Origin: Oribacterium sp.
GTDB taxonomy: Bacteria; Actinomycetota; Coriobacteriia; Coriobacteriales; Coriobacteriaceae
Length of the DNA: 64,000 nucleotides
Assembly: GCA_963633065.1 (NCBI GenBank)
Contig: CAVGWH010000012.1
Span: 4,950 to 68,949 of the forward strand
Direction: 5' to 3'
Below, one piece after another: positions 10,025 to 19,931 of the stretch. Position 1 is the first letter of the stretch. Each line of letters begins with the position of its first letter. The notes beneath the pieces are model-generated. The model ran no database searches. It was not told the origin of the DNA and was given only the letters and a program-made list of their open reading frames with translations. A program made the translations under genes and the position numbers.

Positions 10025-10567
10025 TTACTTACCGAGGACCTTGGCAAGCGGGATGTAGAGCGCCTGCACGACGACGGCGTTGAACACGGCGGTGCTCAGG
10101 ACCACGGGGACCTTGGGCAGTGCGGCCTCAAGACCGAAGCCCATGATGAGTGTACCGATGATAGCAAAGAGAGCGCCCGAGACGAGGGTCGCGCCAAAGG
10201 CGGCGACGAGCGGGTTGACCTTCTTGCCCAGTCCGCTGGCAACGAGGGCGACCATGGTGAGGGCGCCTGCGGCCTCGGTGACGAAGTTGAGACCGGGGAT
10301 GGATGTGCTGAGCTGGGTTACCGCGGCGGCAAGAAGGCCGTAGATCACGGCCTGGCCGGCATTTGCATGGGTGAGCAAGATGGCGAGCGCATAGGCGGCG
10401 ATGATGAATTGCGGTTTGATGCCCGTCATGGCAAGTGCGTTGCCGAGCGTCATGTTGAGGATGAGCGCGGCGGCCAGAAGGATGGCCAGAAGGATAAGAG
10501 ACGAGATATCGAGGAGTCCCTTGGAAGCGTCGGTGACGGAGACGGTGCGGGCTTTTTCGGTAGACAT
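10025..10567 (-). CDS. ECF S component, TrpP-like (probable tryptophan transporter), paralog 2
   Basis: Hydrophobic 180 aa, GIKPQF loop resembling TrpP GMKPD; in an operon with EcfA/T and a Trp leader. Confidence 0.75.
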   Translation of the reverse strand: MSTEKARTVSVTDASKGLLDISSLILLAILLAAALILNMTLGNALAMTGIKPQFIIAAYALAILLTHANAGQAVIYGLLAAAVTQLSTSIPGLNFVTEAAGALTMVALVASGLGKKVNPLVAAFGATLVSGALFAIIGTLIMGFGLEAALPKVPVVLSTAVFNAVVVQALYIPLAKVLGK

Positions 10568-10681
10568 GATCGGTTCCTTTCTGAGAAACGGTTGGTGTTG
10601 ATGATTTGGCTTGTCGGGTCTGTGGACGATGGGTCGAAGGATATCTGGGTTTAGGGCTTTCCGCCTAAGGCGTCGTCTGAT

Positions 10682-11251
10682 TTAGGCGTCGAGGCCGAGT
10701 GCCTTGTTGATGGGCAGATAGAGCGCGGCGACGAGCACTGCGTTGAAGATGCCGGTGGCAACGACGACGGGGAGCATGGCGGCGGCGAGCTCGGCTACGA
10801 CACCGATCATCGCCATCTTGATGACCATGAAGATGCAGCCGGAAACTACGGTGGTGACGAAGGTGGCAACGGCGGCGATGCCGGGCTTGACGGAGCCGGT
10901 CTTGGCGGCGCCGGCGACGATGGCGGCCATCAGCATGGCGGCGATACCTTCGGCTGCGAAGTCGATGAAAGGCGAGGTGGTGGTGATCTGAATCACTGCG
11001 GCGGAGATGAGGCCGATCACCAGGGCCTGGAGAATGTTGGGGCGAACGGCGAGGATGGTGAGGCAGAAGGCCGAGATGATGAACTCGGGGCTGATCATGC
11101 CGCCCGTGAGGCTCGAGATGGCCTTGCCGACCGTGAAGTTGAGGATGAAGCCGGCGGCAAGCAGGACGGCCAAAAGCACGAGCGCGCGGATATCGAGTTT
11201 GCCATGATCGACGGTGGTAACGGTGCGAGGCTGGGATGCGTTCTGAGACAT
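10682..11251 (-). CDS. ECF S component, TrpP-like (probable tryptophan transporter), paralog 1
   Basis: Hydrophobic 189 aa, GGMISPEF loop, TVVSG.IF; first gene after the Trp attenuator. Confidence 0.75.
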   Translation of the reverse strand: MSQNASQPRTVTTVDHGKLDIRALVLLAVLLAAGFILNFTVGKAISSLTGGMISPEFIISAFCLTILAVRPNILQALVIGLISAAVIQITTTSPFIDFAAEGIAAMLMAAIVAGAAKTGSVKPGIAAVATFVTTVVSGCIFMVIKMAMIGVVAELAAAMLPVVVATGIFNAVLVAALYLPINKALGLDA

Positions 11252-11350
11252 GGGATTACCTTTCTGGGTGGGGCTGAATATCGATGCCCGTTTGTGTGAG
11301 ACGGTGGGGTGGGGGCGCGTGATGCGCGTTCGTTCGGGCTCGCGGCATAG

Positions 11351-11381
11351 AAAAAGGCCCCCGGTCGAAACCGGAGGCCTT
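11351..11381 (-). terminator. Attenuator terminator of the Trp-responsive leader
   Basis: Minus strand AGGCCTCCGG-TTTCGA-CCGGGGGCCT then TTTTCT. Confidence 0.85.
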
Positions 11382-11414
11382 CAAACACCTAACGCAAGCT
11401 TGGCGTGAGAGAAC

Positions 11415-11489
11415 TCACCATCGACCGAACGAATTCGCATCACGCCACCACCAGTTATTGGAAGAGAAAGTGTCGATGCTCTTGATCAT
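11415..11489 (-). CDS. Tryptophan leader peptide MIKSIDTFSSNNWWWRDANSFGRW (24 aa)
   Basis: GAAAGGAG RBS, ATG, three consecutive TGG codons, stop ~33 nt before the terminator. Confidence 0.9.
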   Translation of the reverse strand: MIKSIDTFSSNNWWWRDANSFGRW

Positions 11490-11654
11490 TTGGTGGCTCC
11501 TTTCGCGAATCTGAGTCGAGGACTTGGTACGCCGTGTACTTTAGCACAGCGGAGTGGCAAGGCAAGCAGAAAATCGATATTTATTTCCGCTCTGTTTCGT
11601 CAGATGTTTTCATAGGTCGTCTACCTGGACTTTTTCCTGATGGTCATCAGTCTG

Positions 11655-12572
11655 CTACTTGACGAGCGGGGAGAAGCCATCCACGATCACATCGAGGCAT
11701 TGCGGCAGCACGCGTGCGCCGAAGACGCCAGAGTTGCTGGGAATGACCTCGCCGTCGAACTGCATACCCATCGAAGGCGTGCAGCTGATCTTGGCTTCTT
11801 TGGCCTGGATCATCTTGAACTGCGGACGCCCGATGGCTTTGCCGGCGGGGTCGAGCGCGGCAGCGATGACGGTGGGGAGGAGCTGCACGGTACGCGCCGG
11901 TTCGATCACCACGATGTCGATCATGCCGTCGTCCATACGGCAGTCGGGGAACAGGTTGATGTCGTTTTGGATGACGGCGGTGTTGCCGGCCATGCAGCAG
12001 ATGCCGTCGAGCTCGTCTACCGCTCCGTCGTGTTCGATCCTGAAATGCGCGACGGTGGGGTTGGGGGTCGAGAGCGCTGCCAGGAAGTAGGCGATCTCAC
12101 CGATTTCGTTTTTGGTGGGGGCGGCCGTTTTCATGATCTCGGCGTCGAAGCCCGAGCCGGCGATGATGATGAAGCCGTGGCGCTGCTCTACGCCCGCATC
12201 GTCGGTCCAGAAGATCTCGCCCATATCGATCTTGGCGGTGCGCCCCTCGCGGCATGCGCGCGCGAGCGCCGCCGCCTCGGGGGCGTTGCCGATGTTATTG
12301 AAGAAGAGGTTCGCCGTTCCCGACGGGAAGATGAGTGTGGGGACGCCGCATCCGCGCAGCTGGTCGAGCACGTTTGAGACGGTGCCGTCGCCGCCCGATA
12401 CCACCACGCGGTCGAACGTCGTTATGTCGGCTACGCAGTCTTCGGGCTCCATGCCATCGCCGATAAAACGCATGACCACCTCGTCGCCTGCTGCGGCAAG
12501 CGCGTGGGTGAAAGCGAAGATCTCGTCCGAGCTGGGACCTGAAGCAAGGTTGTGGATGATGAGGCAGCGCAT
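11655..12572 (-). CDS. Diacylglycerol/lipid kinase family protein (YegS/BmrU-like)
   Basis: IHNLASG, SGGDGTV, PSGTANLF, GSGFDA, QFDGE. Confidence 0.9.
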   Translation of the reverse strand: MRCLIIHNLASGPSSDEIFAFTHALAAAGDEVVMRFIGDGMEPEDCVADITTFDRVVVSGGDGTVSNVLDQLRGCGVPTLIFPSGTANLFFNNIGNAPEAAALARACREGRTAKIDMGEIFWTDDAGVEQRHGFIIIAGSGFDAEIMKTAAPTKNEIGEIAYFLAALSTPNPTVAHFRIEHDGAVDELDGICCMAGNTAVIQNDINLFPDCRMDDGMIDIVVIEPARTVQLLPTVIAAALDPAGKAIGRPQFKMIQAKEAKISCTPSMGMQFDGEVIPSNSGVFGARVLPQCLDVIVDGFSPLVK

Positions 12573-12681
12573 CCTGTGTTTCCCGTTCTGTTGGTAACCG
12601 AGTATAGTTAACGAGGTCGCTCTGGGCGACTCCGCTATCCTACCCCGCGCCGCGCGGGAAAACCTTCAACGTTGGGCTTCT

Positions 12682-13815
12682 ATGTACATTTCCACATATG
12701 AGGAACTTTCCGCCTTCTGCGAACGTGCGAGTGCGTTCGATGCCGTTGCCATCGATACCGAGTTTTTGCGCGAGCGTACGTTTCATCCGCGTCTCTGCTT
12801 GGTGCAGGCGGCGACACCCGATGAATGCGTCGTGATCGATCCTTTGGCTATCGAGGATTTAAGCCCCCTTGCAGCGTTCATGGCAAACGAAGACGTCACA
12901 AAGGTCTTTCACGCCTGCTCTCAGGACATGGAGGTGCTGTACTGCACGTTGGGCGAGTTGCCCCGACCTATTTTCGACACGCAGGTGGCGGCAGCGTTTC
13001 TGGGCGAGCGCATGCAGGTTTCCTACAGCGGTCTGGTTCAGACGTTCTGCGGCGTGTCCTTGCCTAAGACCGAATCGCTCACCGACTGGTCGCGCCGTCC
13101 GCTTACCGATAAGCAGGTTGAGTATGCGGCCGACGACGTGCGCTGGCTCATCAAGGCATACGAGGTTATGATGCGCAAGCTCGAGGAAGAGGGGCGCGTG
13201 TCGTGGGTGCTCGACGAGATGCGACCGCTCATGTCGATTTCACACTATGTGCAAGATCGTCGCTCGGCTTACAAGCGCGTGAAGCGCATCAACTCCTGTT
13301 CGCGTCGCCAGCTGGGTATCGCGCGTGAACTCGCAGCATGGCGTGAGGACCGCGCCGAGCGCCACAACATCCCCCGTAAGTGGATCATGTCCGACGATGT
13401 GCTGCTGGCGCTCGTCAAGCGCGCGCCGCGCAACGTGAACGACCTGCGCGCCGTGCGCGGTACCGAGCAGATGTCCGAACGCGACATGGAAGGAATCCTG
13501 GTTGCTGTCAAGCGCGGGCTTCGTTGCCCCACGGAGAATCTCCCGTCGCATCAGCATCAGCGTAAGGCGGTGAATCCTGAGCTCGAGAGCGTGACCGACT
13601 TGATGTTCGCGCTGCTGCGTTTGGTGAGCGAACGCTCGGGTGTGGCTACGGCTATGATCGCCTCGCGGGACGATTTGGTGGAGTATGTCGACACGCCCGA
13701 GAAGAGTCGTTTGCGCGAGGGTTGGCGCTTCGAGCTGGTGGGCACGCTTTTGGATGACCTTCTCAGCGGCAACATGGGTCTCACGGTCAAGGGGCGCTCG
13801 GTGGAGATCCTCTAG
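12682..13815 (+). CDS. rnd: Ribonuclease D
   Basis: AIDTEFLRERT, KVFHA, FDTQVAA, TDWSRRPL, YAADDV, HRDC region. Confidence 0.92.
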   Translation: MYISTYEELSAFCERASAFDAVAIDTEFLRERTFHPRLCLVQAATPDECVVIDPLAIEDLSPLAAFMANEDVTKVFHACSQDMEVLYCTLGELPRPIFDTQVAAAFLGERMQVSYSGLVQTFCGVSLPKTESLTDWSRRPLTDKQVEYAADDVRWLIKAYEVMMRKLEEEGRVSWVLDEMRPLMSISHYVQDRRSAYKRVKRINSCSRRQLGIARELAAWREDRAERHNIPRKWIMSDDVLLALVKRAPRNVNDLRAVRGTEQMSERDMEGILVAVKRGLRCPTENLPSHQHQRKAVNPELESVTDLMFALLRLVSERSGVATAMIASRDDLVEYVDTPEKSRLREGWRFELVGTLLDDLLSGNMGLTVKGRSVEIL

Positions 13816-14011
13816 AACGGGCCGCGGGCAGCCGTGGGCGTTAGAGTTCCCGCAGCGGTACTTCGCGCTGCTCATGTCGGTGTCCCGCATCTCGCGTGAC
13901 CTTGCGGGTTCATTACGCGTGCGCGTATGTGCCATGTGCCGCGCATTTTTGGATGGTGTCCCTTTGGGTGGGTACACTCTCTGCCAACTGTCACCTTGAG
14001 AAGGGAACCCT

Positions 14012-14731
14012 ATGGGGTATTACGGAATGGGCTACGGCTATGGATTCGGCTACGGTATGGATCCCCTCTACCTGATCGTCGTGGTCGTGTGCACGGTGCT
14101 CGGGCTCGCTGCCCAGGGTTATATCAACTCGACGTATCGCACCTGGTCTCATGTCCAATCGGACGGAGAGACGGGGGCCGCGGTGGCACGACGCATGCTT
14201 GATGCGCTCGGATGCCAAGCGGTGCAGATCCATCGCATCTCGGGTACGCTCACCGATAACTACGACCCTTCGAGCAACTGTCTCAACCTAAGTTCCGACA
14301 ACATGAACGGAGGCTCGGTGGCAAGCGTCGCCGTGGCATGTCACGAAGCGGGGCATGCGGCGCAAAACGCGAGCGGCTACGCCATGATGAAAGTGCGCCA
14401 TGCCTTGGTGCCCGTGGTCAATTTCACCCAAAACACCTGGACGTTGGTGCTTCTGGCGGGCCTGTTCATGAATCTTGCCGGTCTGACCGCGCTCGCGCTC
14501 GTGTTCTACGCGTTCTCGGTGCTCTTTCAGCTGGTGACGCTCCCCGTCGAGATCGACGCGAGCCGCCGTGCCGTGGCCTATATCAAGCAGTCGGGTATGA
14601 GCGCCAAGCAGGTGAGGGGAGCGCGCAAGGTGCTTACGGCAGCAGCGCTTACCTATGTGGCTGCAGCGCTTACCTCCATCATCCAGTTGCTGTATCTTTT
14701 GGCGCGCTACGGACGTCGCCAGGAACGCTAG
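14012..14731 (+). CDS. Membrane neutral zinc metallopeptidase (YugP-like)
   Basis: LTDNYDP, ACHEAGHA, LVTLPVE.DAS.RA, AAALTYVAA. Confidence 0.9.
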   Translation: MGYYGMGYGYGFGYGMDPLYLIVVVVCTVLGLAAQGYINSTYRTWSHVQSDGETGAAVARRMLDALGCQAVQIHRISGTLTDNYDPSSNCLNLSSDNMNGGSVASVAVACHEAGHAAQNASGYAMMKVRHALVPVVNFTQNTWTLVLLAGLFMNLAGLTALALVFYAFSVLFQLVTLPVEIDASRRAVAYIKQSGMSAKQVRGARKVLTAAALTYVAAALTSIIQLLYLLARYGRRQER

Positions 14732-14910
14732 GTGGTGTGCCGACATACCGTTGTTCGATGATATGCGTGTCTGGACGCCTTGTTAACATGGATGCGTTTG
14801 GATTCCGATAGGTAATTTAAATCCGCTCGAGCCGCGTTGTGGCATATCCGTGTCCGCTTGCTGCTCTATTATGGGCGGGATTGGATTTTATAAGGAAGGG
14901 AGGCGCACTT

Positions 14911-16608
14911 TTGGCGACTTGGAATCAAACGCGATCGTCGTATACATCGGGCGGCAAGGTCCCTTGGGATAAGCCCAGGGGTGCGGCGGCGACGTCGCGC
15001 GCCAAGGCGGTATCGCAGCCTAAGGAGGCCGATGCCATGTCGGTCTCGCAAGCGTCGCAGCTTGCGAATGGTGCGTTGCGGGGCATCGGAAGCTTTGCGG
15101 TTATCGGCGAGGTTTCGGGTTTCAAGGGCCCCGACGCCAGGGGGCATTGCTATTTCAATATCAAAGACGATAAGTCCGTGCTCAGGGCCATCATCTGGCA
15201 GTCCTTGTACAAGGAACGCGCTTTTGACTTGCGCGATGGCCAGAAGCTCCTTATGCAGGGAAGCTTCGACGTATATGAACGCAGCGGGAATATGAGCTTC
15301 AAAGTCAAGAGCTTTTCCATGGCAGGCGAGGGCGCCCAGCGCGAAAAGATCAAGAGGCTCGAGCGCAAGCTGCGTGCCGAAGGCTTGATGGACGAGGAGC
15401 GTAAGCGCCCGATCCCTACGTTTTGCTCGACGGTCGCTGTTATCACCTCTTCTACCGGTGCGGTGATCAATGACGTGAAGCATACACTGCACCGGCGAAA
15501 TCGCATGGTGGAGCTTATCTGCGTCGGCACCAAGGTGCAGGGTGAAGGTGCTCCGCAAGAGATCATCCGTGCATTTCAGCGCGTGTTTGCCCTTGACCCC
15601 GCACCGGACTGCATTTTGATCGTCCGTGGTGGTGGCTCAAACGATGACCTCATGACGTTCAATGACGAAGCGCTCGCACGGACTATCGCCACAAGCCCTA
15701 TTCCCGTGATCGCCGCCATCGGCCACGATGGTGATGTTCCCATCTGCCAACAGGTCGCTGATAAACAGGTGTCCACGCCAACGGCAGCTGCCGAGATCGT
15801 GGCCCCCTCTATGCGGCAGATTACCAGAATCCTCATTGAGCAAGAAGAGCGTTTGAAAAACAATGCGCGTTCGACGCTTGGAGCAGTGCACGACGCGCTC
15901 GATACGTTCGATATGCGCGCCAAGCGCGCTTGCGATGTTCGCTTCAAGCAGGAGCATACGGCGCTCGATACGTTCGATATGCGCGCCAAGCGCGCTTGCG
16001 ATGTTCGATTCAAGCAGGAGCATGCGACGCTTGATTCGTCCGATATGCGCGCTCATCGTGCTTGGGACGTTTTCGTAAAGCAAGAACAGGCAAGGCTCGA
16101 TAGCCTTGAGGGGCGTCCCTGTCTACGAGACCCCGCGGCTGGCGTATACCAGCGCGCCATCGAACTCGAGCAGACGCAAGAGCGCCTCTGCGCGAGTGTG
16201 AGTAAATTAAGTCACCTCGGTGGTGCTCTCGATCAGGCGCAAGAGCGCCTCGGTGCCACTACGAACAGGCTGAATCGACTGACCCGGACACTCGGCCAGA
16301 CAGAGGCGCGTTTCCGCGAAAGCGTAAGCGGTTTTGGCGTGAAACATCGTGACCTTGCATCCTTCTCGTCCCGTCTCAATGTGGCGGGACGTGGGCTCTG
16401 TGCTTCGCAGAAGGCCGATATGCGGCGCATGGCTGCTTCACTCGACGCGCTCTCGCCGCTCAAGGTGCTCGGTCGCGGTTACGCGATCGCATATGGCGAG
16501 GACGGCGTGAGAACGAGCGTCGATGAGTTTTCCCCGGGCGATACGCTTCGCGTGCGCCTTGCCGATGGTGACGTCAACGCGACGGTTTCCTCGGTCCGCA
16601 AACAGTAG
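14911..16608 (+). CDS. xseA: Exodeoxyribonuclease VII large subunit
   Basis: OB-fold (GEVSGF..GHCYF.IKD), VITS.TGAV..D, RGGGS, AIGH, TPTAAAE, LSPLKVLGRGY; TTG 14911 after AAGGGAGG. Confidence 0.92.
   Translation: MATWNQTRSSYTSGGKVPWDKPRGAAATSRAKAVSQPKEADAMSVSQASQLANGALRGIGSFAVIGEVSGFKGPDARGHCYFNIKDDKSVLRAIIWQSLYKERAFDLRDGQKLLMQGSFDVYERSGNMSFKVKSFSMAGEGAQREKIKRLERKLRAEGLMDEERKRPIPTFCSTVAVITSSTGAVINDVKHTLHRRNRMVELICVGTKVQGEGAPQEIIRAFQRVFALDPAPDCILIVRGGGSNDDLMTFNDEALARTIATSPIPVIAAIGHDGDVPICQQVADKQVSTPTAAAEIVAPSMRQITRILIEQEERLKNNARSTLGAVHDALDTFDMRAKRACDVRFKQEHTALDTFDMRAKRACDVRFKQEHATLDSSDMRAHRAWDVFVKQEQARLDSLEGRPCLRDPAAGVYQRAIELEQTQERLCASVSKLSHLGGALDQAQERLGATTNRLNRLTRTLGQTEARFRESVSGFGVKHRDLASFSSRLNVAGRGLCASQKADMRRMAASLDALSPLKVLGRGYAIAYGEDGVRTSVDEFSPGDTLRVRLADGDVNATVSSVRKQ
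15895..16092 (+). repeat. 66-bp in-frame tandem repeat (two near-identical copies plus one degenerate) in xseA
   Basis: Units start at 15895, 15961, 16027 and encode ALDTFDMRAKRACDVRFKQEHT-like 22-aa repeats. Confidence 0.9.
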
Positions 16609-16637
16609 GTTGTACATTCTCAACGAAGGAGATTGAA

Positions 16638-16904
16638 ATGGCAGAGTACAGAAACGTTGAAGAGATGAAGTACAAAGAGGCTTCGGATGAGCTCGATGGC
16701 ATCATTCGTGCGCTCGAGTCGGGCGATCTCGAGCTTGAGGAGTCGCTTGAGAAATACACGCGCGGTGTCGAACTTCTCAAGAGCCTTCGTACACGCTTGG
16801 CATCGGCTGAGCAGAAGGTTTCCGACCTGATCACGGATGCCAACGGTAACGACGTGCTGGTTCCGGGCAAGCCCGCAGACACCTCAGGTAACCTGAGCTT
16901 CTAG
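16638..16904 (+). CDS. xseB: Exodeoxyribonuclease VII small subunit
   Basis: LESGDLELEESLEKYTRGVEL...L..AEQKV; follows xseA. Confidence 0.92.
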   Translation: MAEYRNVEEMKYKEASDELDGIIRALESGDLELEESLEKYTRGVELLKSLRTRLASAEQKVSDLITDANGNDVLVPGKPADTSGNLSF

Positions 16905-16996
16905 GCAGGCCGGTAGGGCTTCCGATTTCGGATTCGTCCGTGGATCCTTAATCGGGAGCCCTATTATGTTCAAAGAAGCTGACGAAAGGAGCCGCC

Positions 16997-17332
16997 ATGT
17001 GCGACTGCATCTTCTGCAAAATCGCGTCCCACGAGATACCTTCCACTACGGTATACGAAGACGATCAGGTCATCGCTTTTGACGATCTCAATCCCCAAGC
17101 ACCCGTGCATACGCTCGTGATTCCCAAGGAGCACTACGCCGATATCACCGATGGCGTGCCTGCCGAGACGCTTGCCGCCATGACGTCCGCCATCGCCAAG
17201 GTGGCCGATGCCAAGGGCCTCGGTGACGGCTTCCGTGTCATCTCCAACAAGGGCGCCGATGCGGGGCAGACCGTCATGCATTTCCATATGCATGTGCTGG
17301 GTGGCAAGCCTCTGGGCGAGGGCCTTGTTTAG
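16997..17332 (+). CDS. HIT family nucleotide-binding protein (HinT-like)
   Basis: DCIFCKI, AGQTVMHFHMHVLGG. Confidence 0.93.
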   Translation: MCDCIFCKIASHEIPSTTVYEDDQVIAFDDLNPQAPVHTLVIPKEHYADITDGVPAETLAAMTSAIAKVADAKGLGDGFRVISNKGADAGQTVMHFHMHVLGGKPLGEGLV

Positions 17333-17460
17333 ACATTCGGTTTAAGTGCTCGTTTTTGATGGCACTTGCATCTGGGTGTCAGCTCTGTTGCCGGTTGCGT
17401 TTCGGCCTCGGTCTTTTTGGCGGTACCGCCCCGAGCGCAAAACATTACTGATTTGTATCC

Positions 17461-17494
17461 AAACCCGTGACGGCTCGCTTGCCGTCACGGGTTT
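17461..17494 (+). terminator. Perfect 14-bp hairpin between the HIT gene and ackA (probable terminator)
   Basis: AAACCCGTGACGGC-TCGCTT-GCCGTCACGGGTTT. Confidence 0.6.
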
Positions 17495-17564
17495 ATCATT
17501 AGCACGTATGTATGCGGTGTGGGCAATGGGGCTCAGCCGTCTTTCACCAAGCAGAGGGAGACAC

Positions 17565-18740
17565 ATGAACGTTCTCGTCGTAAACGCAGGTTCCTCAACC
17601 CTTAAGTACCAGGTTATCGATACCAAGACCCACGAGGTTTCCGCTAAGGGATCCTGCGAGCGCGTCGGTTTCACCGGAGGCACCTTCACGCATGCCGCCA
17701 ACGGCTCCAAGAAGGTCACCGAGAACATGGAGTTCCCCGACCACAAGGTGGCCATCGAGGCCGTTTTGGGCGATCTGACCGCCAATAACGTCGTTATCGA
17801 GGGTATCGGTCACCGCGTTGTCCAGGGTGGCTGGTACTTCGGCGACTCCACGCTTGTCGATGCCGATGTGCTTGCCAAGATCCGCGAGGTCGCTCCGCTG
17901 GCACCGCTGCACAACAACCCCGAAGCCAACGTCATCGAGCATTGCCTCAGCGAGTATCCCGAGCTTCCCAACGTCACGGTGTATGACACCGCGTTCCACT
18001 TCGATATGCCCAAGGTTGCCCAGACCTACTCGCTTCCCAAGGACGTGTGCGAGAAGCTGCACGTGCGTAAGTACGGCGCTCACGGCACGAGCTATCGCTA
18101 CATCGCCAAGAAAATCGACGAGATGACGAATGGCGCTGCGCATAAGGTCGTTGTGTGCCACATCGGCTCCGGTGCCTCGCTTGCCGCCATCGAGGACGGC
18201 CACTGCATGGACACCACCATGGGCCTTACGCCGCTCGATGGCGTCATGATGGGCACCCGTTGCGGCTCCATCGACCCGGCTACCGTCTGCTACCTGCAGC
18301 GCGAGGGTGGCTACACCTTCGACGAGGTCGATGACATGATGAACAAGAAGTCGGGCCTTTTGGCCGTGTCGGGCAAGACCAACGACTGCCGCAACATCGA
18401 GGAGCTCGCCGCTTCCGGTGACGAGGATGCCCAGCTCGCTTTCGACATGTTCGTCTACAAGATCGCGGCGAAGGCGGCCGAGATGGCAACCTCCATGTGC
18501 GGCATGGACACGCTGGTCTTTACCGCCGGTATCGGCGAGCATGCGCCTGCCGTGCGCGCCGGCGTCGCCGATCGCCTTGCCTGGATGGGCGTCCACATGG
18601 ATCACGCCCGTAACGCTCTCCGCGCGGAGGGTGCTTGGAAGCTTTCCGTCCCCACGTCGCCGGTCGCCATCTATGTGATTCCCACCGACGAGGAGTACAT
18701 GATCGCCTCCGACGTCGAGCGCATCGTCAACGCCCAGTAA
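17565..18740 (+). CDS. ackA: Acetate kinase (copy 1)
   Basis: NAGSSTLKYQ, GHRVV, APLHN, DTAFH, MGLTPLDG.MMGTR, FTAGIGE, PTDEE; ATG 17565 after GAGGGAG. Confidence 0.93.
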   Translation: MNVLVVNAGSSTLKYQVIDTKTHEVSAKGSCERVGFTGGTFTHAANGSKKVTENMEFPDHKVAIEAVLGDLTANNVVIEGIGHRVVQGGWYFGDSTLVDADVLAKIREVAPLAPLHNNPEANVIEHCLSEYPELPNVTVYDTAFHFDMPKVAQTYSLPKDVCEKLHVRKYGAHGTSYRYIAKKIDEMTNGAAHKVVVCHIGSGASLAAIEDGHCMDTTMGLTPLDGVMMGTRCGSIDPATVCYLQREGGYTFDEVDDMMNKKSGLLAVSGKTNDCRNIEELAASGDEDAQLAFDMFVYKIAAKAAEMATSMCGMDTLVFTAGIGEHAPAVRAGVADRLAWMGVHMDHARNALRAEGAWKLSVPTSPVAIYVIPTDEEYMIASDVERIVNAQ

Positions 18741-18752
18741 GAGGGGGTAACC

Positions 18753-19931
18753 ATGAACGTACTGGTCATCAACGCCGGCAGCTCGAGCCTCAAGTACCAG
18801 CTGCTCGACACCGAGACGCGCGAGGTGTTCGCCAAAGGCAATTGCGAGCGCATCGGTTTGGATGAGGGCATTTTCGGCCATGCGGTTGCGGGCGCCGAGA
18901 AGGTAACCGAGTCCGCCGTGTTCCCCGACCACAAGGCCGCTATCGCGCGCGTGCTCGACGAGATCGCGCAGACGGGTTATACCGTCGACGGCATCGGTCA
19001 TCGCATCGTGCAAGGTGGCTGGTATTTCCGCGATTCCGCACTTGTCGACGATGATGTGATGGCCAAGATCCTCGAGGTGGCTCCTTTGGCGCCGCTTCAC
19101 AACTACGGCGAGGCCGCGGCCATCGAGTATTGCCGTCAGAAATATCCGGAGCTGCCCAACGTCGCGGTGTTCGATACGTCGTTCCACATGACCATGCCCG
19201 ATGTGGCGAGCACCTATGCGTTGCCTAAAGATGTGCGCGAAAAGCTGCACGTGCGCAAGTACGGTGCCCACGGCACGAGCCACCGCTACGAGTGGATGGA
19301 GGCCAAGAAGCTTCTGGGCCATCGCTGCCATAAGCTTCTGTCGTGCCATCTTGGCAACGGATGCTCGCTCGCCGCTATCGAGGACGGCGTCTGCATGGAC
19401 ACCACCATGGGCCTCACGCCCCTTGACGGTCTCATGATGGGCACCCGTTGCGGTTCTATCGACCCGGCTACCGTCTGCTACCTGCAGCGCGAGGGTGGTT
19501 ACACCTATGAGGAAGTTGACGAAATGATGAACAAGCAGTCGGGGCTGCTCGCCATCAGCGGCATCTCCAATGACGCGCGCGACATCCGCACGCGTGCCTC
19601 TGAGGGCGACGAGGACTGCCTGTTCGCGTTTGACATGTTCGCCTACAAGGCCATGCAGCAGGCCGGTTCCATGATCGCGTCCATGGCGGGTGTCGATACC
19701 ATCACGTTCACGGCCGGCATCGGCGAAAACGACTGGACCATCCGCAAGGCCTTCTGCGAGTGCTTCGAATGGCTTGGCGTGCGCATCGATAACGAGGCCA
19801 ACCGCGATGCCGTGGGTAAGGGCGTGCAGATCATCAGTGCGGCAGGCTCCGCGGTCACCGTCGCTGTCGTCCCGACCGACGAGGAGTACATGATCGCCCT
19901 CGACGTAAAGCGCCTCACCGAGAAGCAATAA
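18753..19931 (+). CDS. ackA: Acetate kinase (copy 2)
   Basis: NAGSSSLKYQ, APLHN, HGTSH, CHLGNG, FTAGIGEN, PTDEE. Confidence 0.93.
   Translation: MNVLVINAGSSSLKYQLLDTETREVFAKGNCERIGLDEGIFGHAVAGAEKVTESAVFPDHKAAIARVLDEIAQTGYTVDGIGHRIVQGGWYFRDSALVDDDVMAKILEVAPLAPLHNYGEAAAIEYCRQKYPELPNVAVFDTSFHMTMPDVASTYALPKDVREKLHVRKYGAHGTSHRYEWMEAKKLLGHRCHKLLSCHLGNGCSLAAIEDGVCMDTTMGLTPLDGLMMGTRCGSIDPATVCYLQREGGYTYEEVDEMMNKQSGLLAISGISNDARDIRTRASEGDEDCLFAFDMFAYKAMQQAGSMIASMAGVDTITFTAGIGENDWTIRKAFCECFEWLGVRIDNEANRDAVGKGVQIISAAGSAVTVAVVPTDEEYMIALDVKRLTEKQ

Noticed and set aside
11260..11600. T-box riboswitch ahead of the ECF operon
   Set aside because: No T-box consensus visible; the WWW leader peptide explains the terminator
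15895..16092. Direct repeats as a CRISPR array
   Set aside because: No spacers; in-frame coding repeats inside xseA; no cas genes
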